IMG/VR virus record: IMGVR_UViG_3300025151_000022
Location: 24,236 to 88,235 of that record
DNA: 64,000 bases
Origin: a virus
Reading direction: 5' to 3' (one strand)
Positions 62,403-64,000 of the stretch are shown piece after piece. The position numbers and the translations under genes were made by a program. The notes below the pieces were generated by a model that did no database searches, was not told where the DNA came from, and worked only from the letters and a program-made list of their open reading frames with translations. Every line of letters begins with the position of its first letter. The first letter of the stretch is position 1.

Positions 62403-62600
62403 TCAACCAACGGGATGATCTCTTAAAACCTCCCGACAAATCTTTTTACATGTTGCTTGATCATCATCACATTCAATCAAACAATCATAATAATCGTTGA
62501 TGACATCTGATTCCTCCATTGATCGATCCAGTGTTTTATTTAAACGGCGGAAAGCATCTTTCCAACCAGCAAGTTGATTATGCGAAAGTAAATTATGCAT
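62403..62600 (-). CDS. Small protein with a twin CX3C motif
   Basis: GGAGGA SD before MHNLLSHNQLAGW; DYYDCLIECDDDQATCKKICRE. Confidence 0.7.
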   Translation of the reverse strand: MHNLLSHNQLAGWKDAFRRLNKTLDRSMEESDVINDYYDCLIECDDDQATCKKICREVLRDHPVG

Positions 62601-62761
62601 AATGTCCTCCACTTGTTTTAAATCATACCAAAAACTTAAAGAGTTTCACTTCATAAGTTTTTTCCTAATTCTTTTGTATATAGGAAAAATGTGTTCATTT
62701 ACACATAAATTATATAACTTTTGTTGATTTTTTACAAAAATATAGAAAGAGGAAATATTTC

Positions 62762-63463
62762 TTAAGATTTTAATTTATCCAAAATCTCTTGATACGCTTG
62801 AATTATATTACCCTCACCTTTCCTGAAGAGATCCTTATCCATGCTTTTATTATCTTCACTTCTCAATCTACATCCATCTGGACTGATTTCATCAGCAACT
62901 ACAATTTTACCTTCAGCAGTTGAACCAAACTCAATCTTGAAGTCAATCAAAGTAATTCCAATTCTCCGAAACATATCAGAAACAATCGCATTTACTTCTC
63001 TGGCATACTGTTTGTATTGATAAAGTTGTCTATATCCCATAACATGCAATCTATCCTCTGTAAGAAGAGGATCGTTTTTACTATCATCCTTTAGATAAAA
63101 TTCAATCAAAGGAGGATTAAACACTGTGTCTTTTGGAATGGTTGTTTGTCTAACAATAGAACCATCAGCAATATTTCTAATTACAACTTCAATAGGAATA
63201 ATCTCTACCTTCTTACATCTCATAAGAGATGGACCAGCATACTGAATGAAGTGAGTATCGATTCCTGCTTTCTCCAATTCTTTGAAAATAATACAAGAGA
63301 TCTCATTATTAATCTTACCCTTACCTTCTGGATAATCTTCTTTCTCACCATTACCAGCAGTTACTTTATCGTGGTAATGAATGAGTACTTGATCCTCCTC
63401 TATGGCTTGAATAACACTCTTTACTTTTCCTCTTACGAGTACTTTATTTGCATCTAAATTCAT
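62762..63463 (-). CDS. purC: SAICAR synthetase
   Basis: GKVKSV, D.VTAGNG, IPIEVVIRNIA.GS, IDFKIEFG, ADEISPD.CRL, DKD.FR. Confidence 0.93.
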   Translation of the reverse strand: MNLDANKVLVRGKVKSVIQAIEEDQVLIHYHDKVTAGNGEKEDYPEGKGKINNEISCIIFKELEKAGIDTHFIQYAGPSLMRCKKVEIIPIEVVIRNIADGSIVRQTTIPKDTVFNPPLIEFYLKDDSKNDPLLTEDRLHVMGYRQLYQYKQYAREVNAIVSDMFRRIGITLIDFKIEFGSTAEGKIVVADEISPDGCRLRSEDNKSMDKDLFRKGEGNIIQAYQEILDKLKS

Positions 63464-63654
63464 TTCTTTCCATGTGGCCAAGGGTCAGTACCATCCGTAA
63501 TCATCGGCGGTTGTGGTTTAAATTCTGTTGGGAGTTGTATGCCAATAGCATTATCAATTTCTTCCTGAGTAGGAACAATAATTCTAAAAGCAGTTCCTTC
63601 TCTCTCAAACTCCTCATTCATTTTTATATAAGTTTCGGGAGTAATTTTTGGCAT
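63460..63654 (-). CDS. Small hypothetical protein, paralog of 58842..58982
   Basis: MPKITPETYIKMNEEFEREG..FRI.VPTQEEID. Confidence 0.65.
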   Translation of the reverse strand: MPKITPETYIKMNEEFEREGTAFRIIVPTQEEIDNAIGIQLPTEFKPQPPMITDGTDPWPHGKK

Positions 63655-63678
63655 AAAAAAAGAGGTCCGAAGACCTCT
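63655..63678 (-). terminator. Rho-independent terminator after psbD
   Basis: AGAGGTC-TTCG-GACCTCT-TTTTTT. Confidence 0.85.
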
Positions 63679-63684
63679 AATATA

Positions 63685-64000
63685 TCACAGAGCATTGCCT
63701 CTTGGCAACACCTCTTCAGGGAATACAAATGATTCGTGTGGTTGATCTACTGGTGCCATCCATGCACGAAGTCCTTCATTCAATAGAATGTTTTTCGTGT
63801 AGAAGGTTTCAAACTCTGGATCTTCTGCTGCTCTGAGTTCTTGGGAAACGAAGTCATAAGCACGAAGATTGAGAGCAAGACCAATAATACCGATGGAACT
63901 AGTCCAAAGACCCATAACAGGAACAAACAGCATAAAGAAATGCAACCACCTCTTATTGCTAAACGCAATACCGAAGATCTGAGACCAGAAACGGTTTGCA
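63685..64000 (-). CDS. psbD: Photosystem II D2 protein (3' end; runs off the right edge)
   Basis: [28 protein letters not shown]...[31 protein letters not shown]...[10 protein letters not shown]. Confidence 0.97.
   Translation of the reverse strand, partial: ANRFWSQIFGIAFSNKRWLHFFMLFVPVMGLWTSSIGIIGLALNLRAYDFVSQELRAAEDPEFETFYTKNILLNEGLRAWMAPVDQPHESFVFPEEVLPRGNAL

Noticed and set aside
62403-62600. Second CP12
   Set aside because: Lacks the C-x8-C-x2-Y(D/E)D CP12 terminus; the Cys spacing is twin CX3C.
63685-64000. Intron or homing element in psbD
   Set aside because: The visible D2 C-terminal coding sequence is continuous.

Overview
A 64-kb segment of an AT-rich T4-like cyanomyovirus genome (Kyanoviridae-type; psbD, talC, cp12, phoH, purC, thyX and T4 core genes), almost entirely on the minus strand. 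From left to right: (1) about 31 kb of tail-fibre/adhesin genes (beta-propellers, Calx-beta-like, PKD/Ig, glycine-rich, cupredoxin and MAM-like modules), interrupted at 5.9-10.1 kb by a five-gene 2OG-Fe(II)-oxygenase/glycosyltransferase cassette; (2) a small island with host-type promoters (Mom-like GNAT gene, tRNA-Thr(UGU), tRNA-Leu(UAA), a 2OG oxygenase); (3) the baseplate-hub/tail module (gp5, CP12, two tape-measure-like proteins with peptidoglycan-hydrolase domains, gp51, gp26, tube-like gene; gp4, gp2-like, gp48 and gp53 on the plus strand); (4) replication and auxiliary metabolic genes (gp32, gp59, gp33, exonuclease, phoH, thyX, glutaredoxin, talC, purC, 3' end of psbD). The most unusual element is a putative nitrogen-sensing unit at 57.5-58.5 kb: an NtcA-type palindrome and a sigma70 promoter precede two tandem glutamine-riboswitch-like aptamers, each carrying a small ORF in its P2 loop, followed by YRG-motif (DUF4278-like) peptides. 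Also notable are a -1 frameshift signal joining gp26 to gp51, the candidate fibre hydroxylation/glycosylation cassette, and a circularly permuted MAM domain. All family assignments come from reading motifs by eye; no searches were run.
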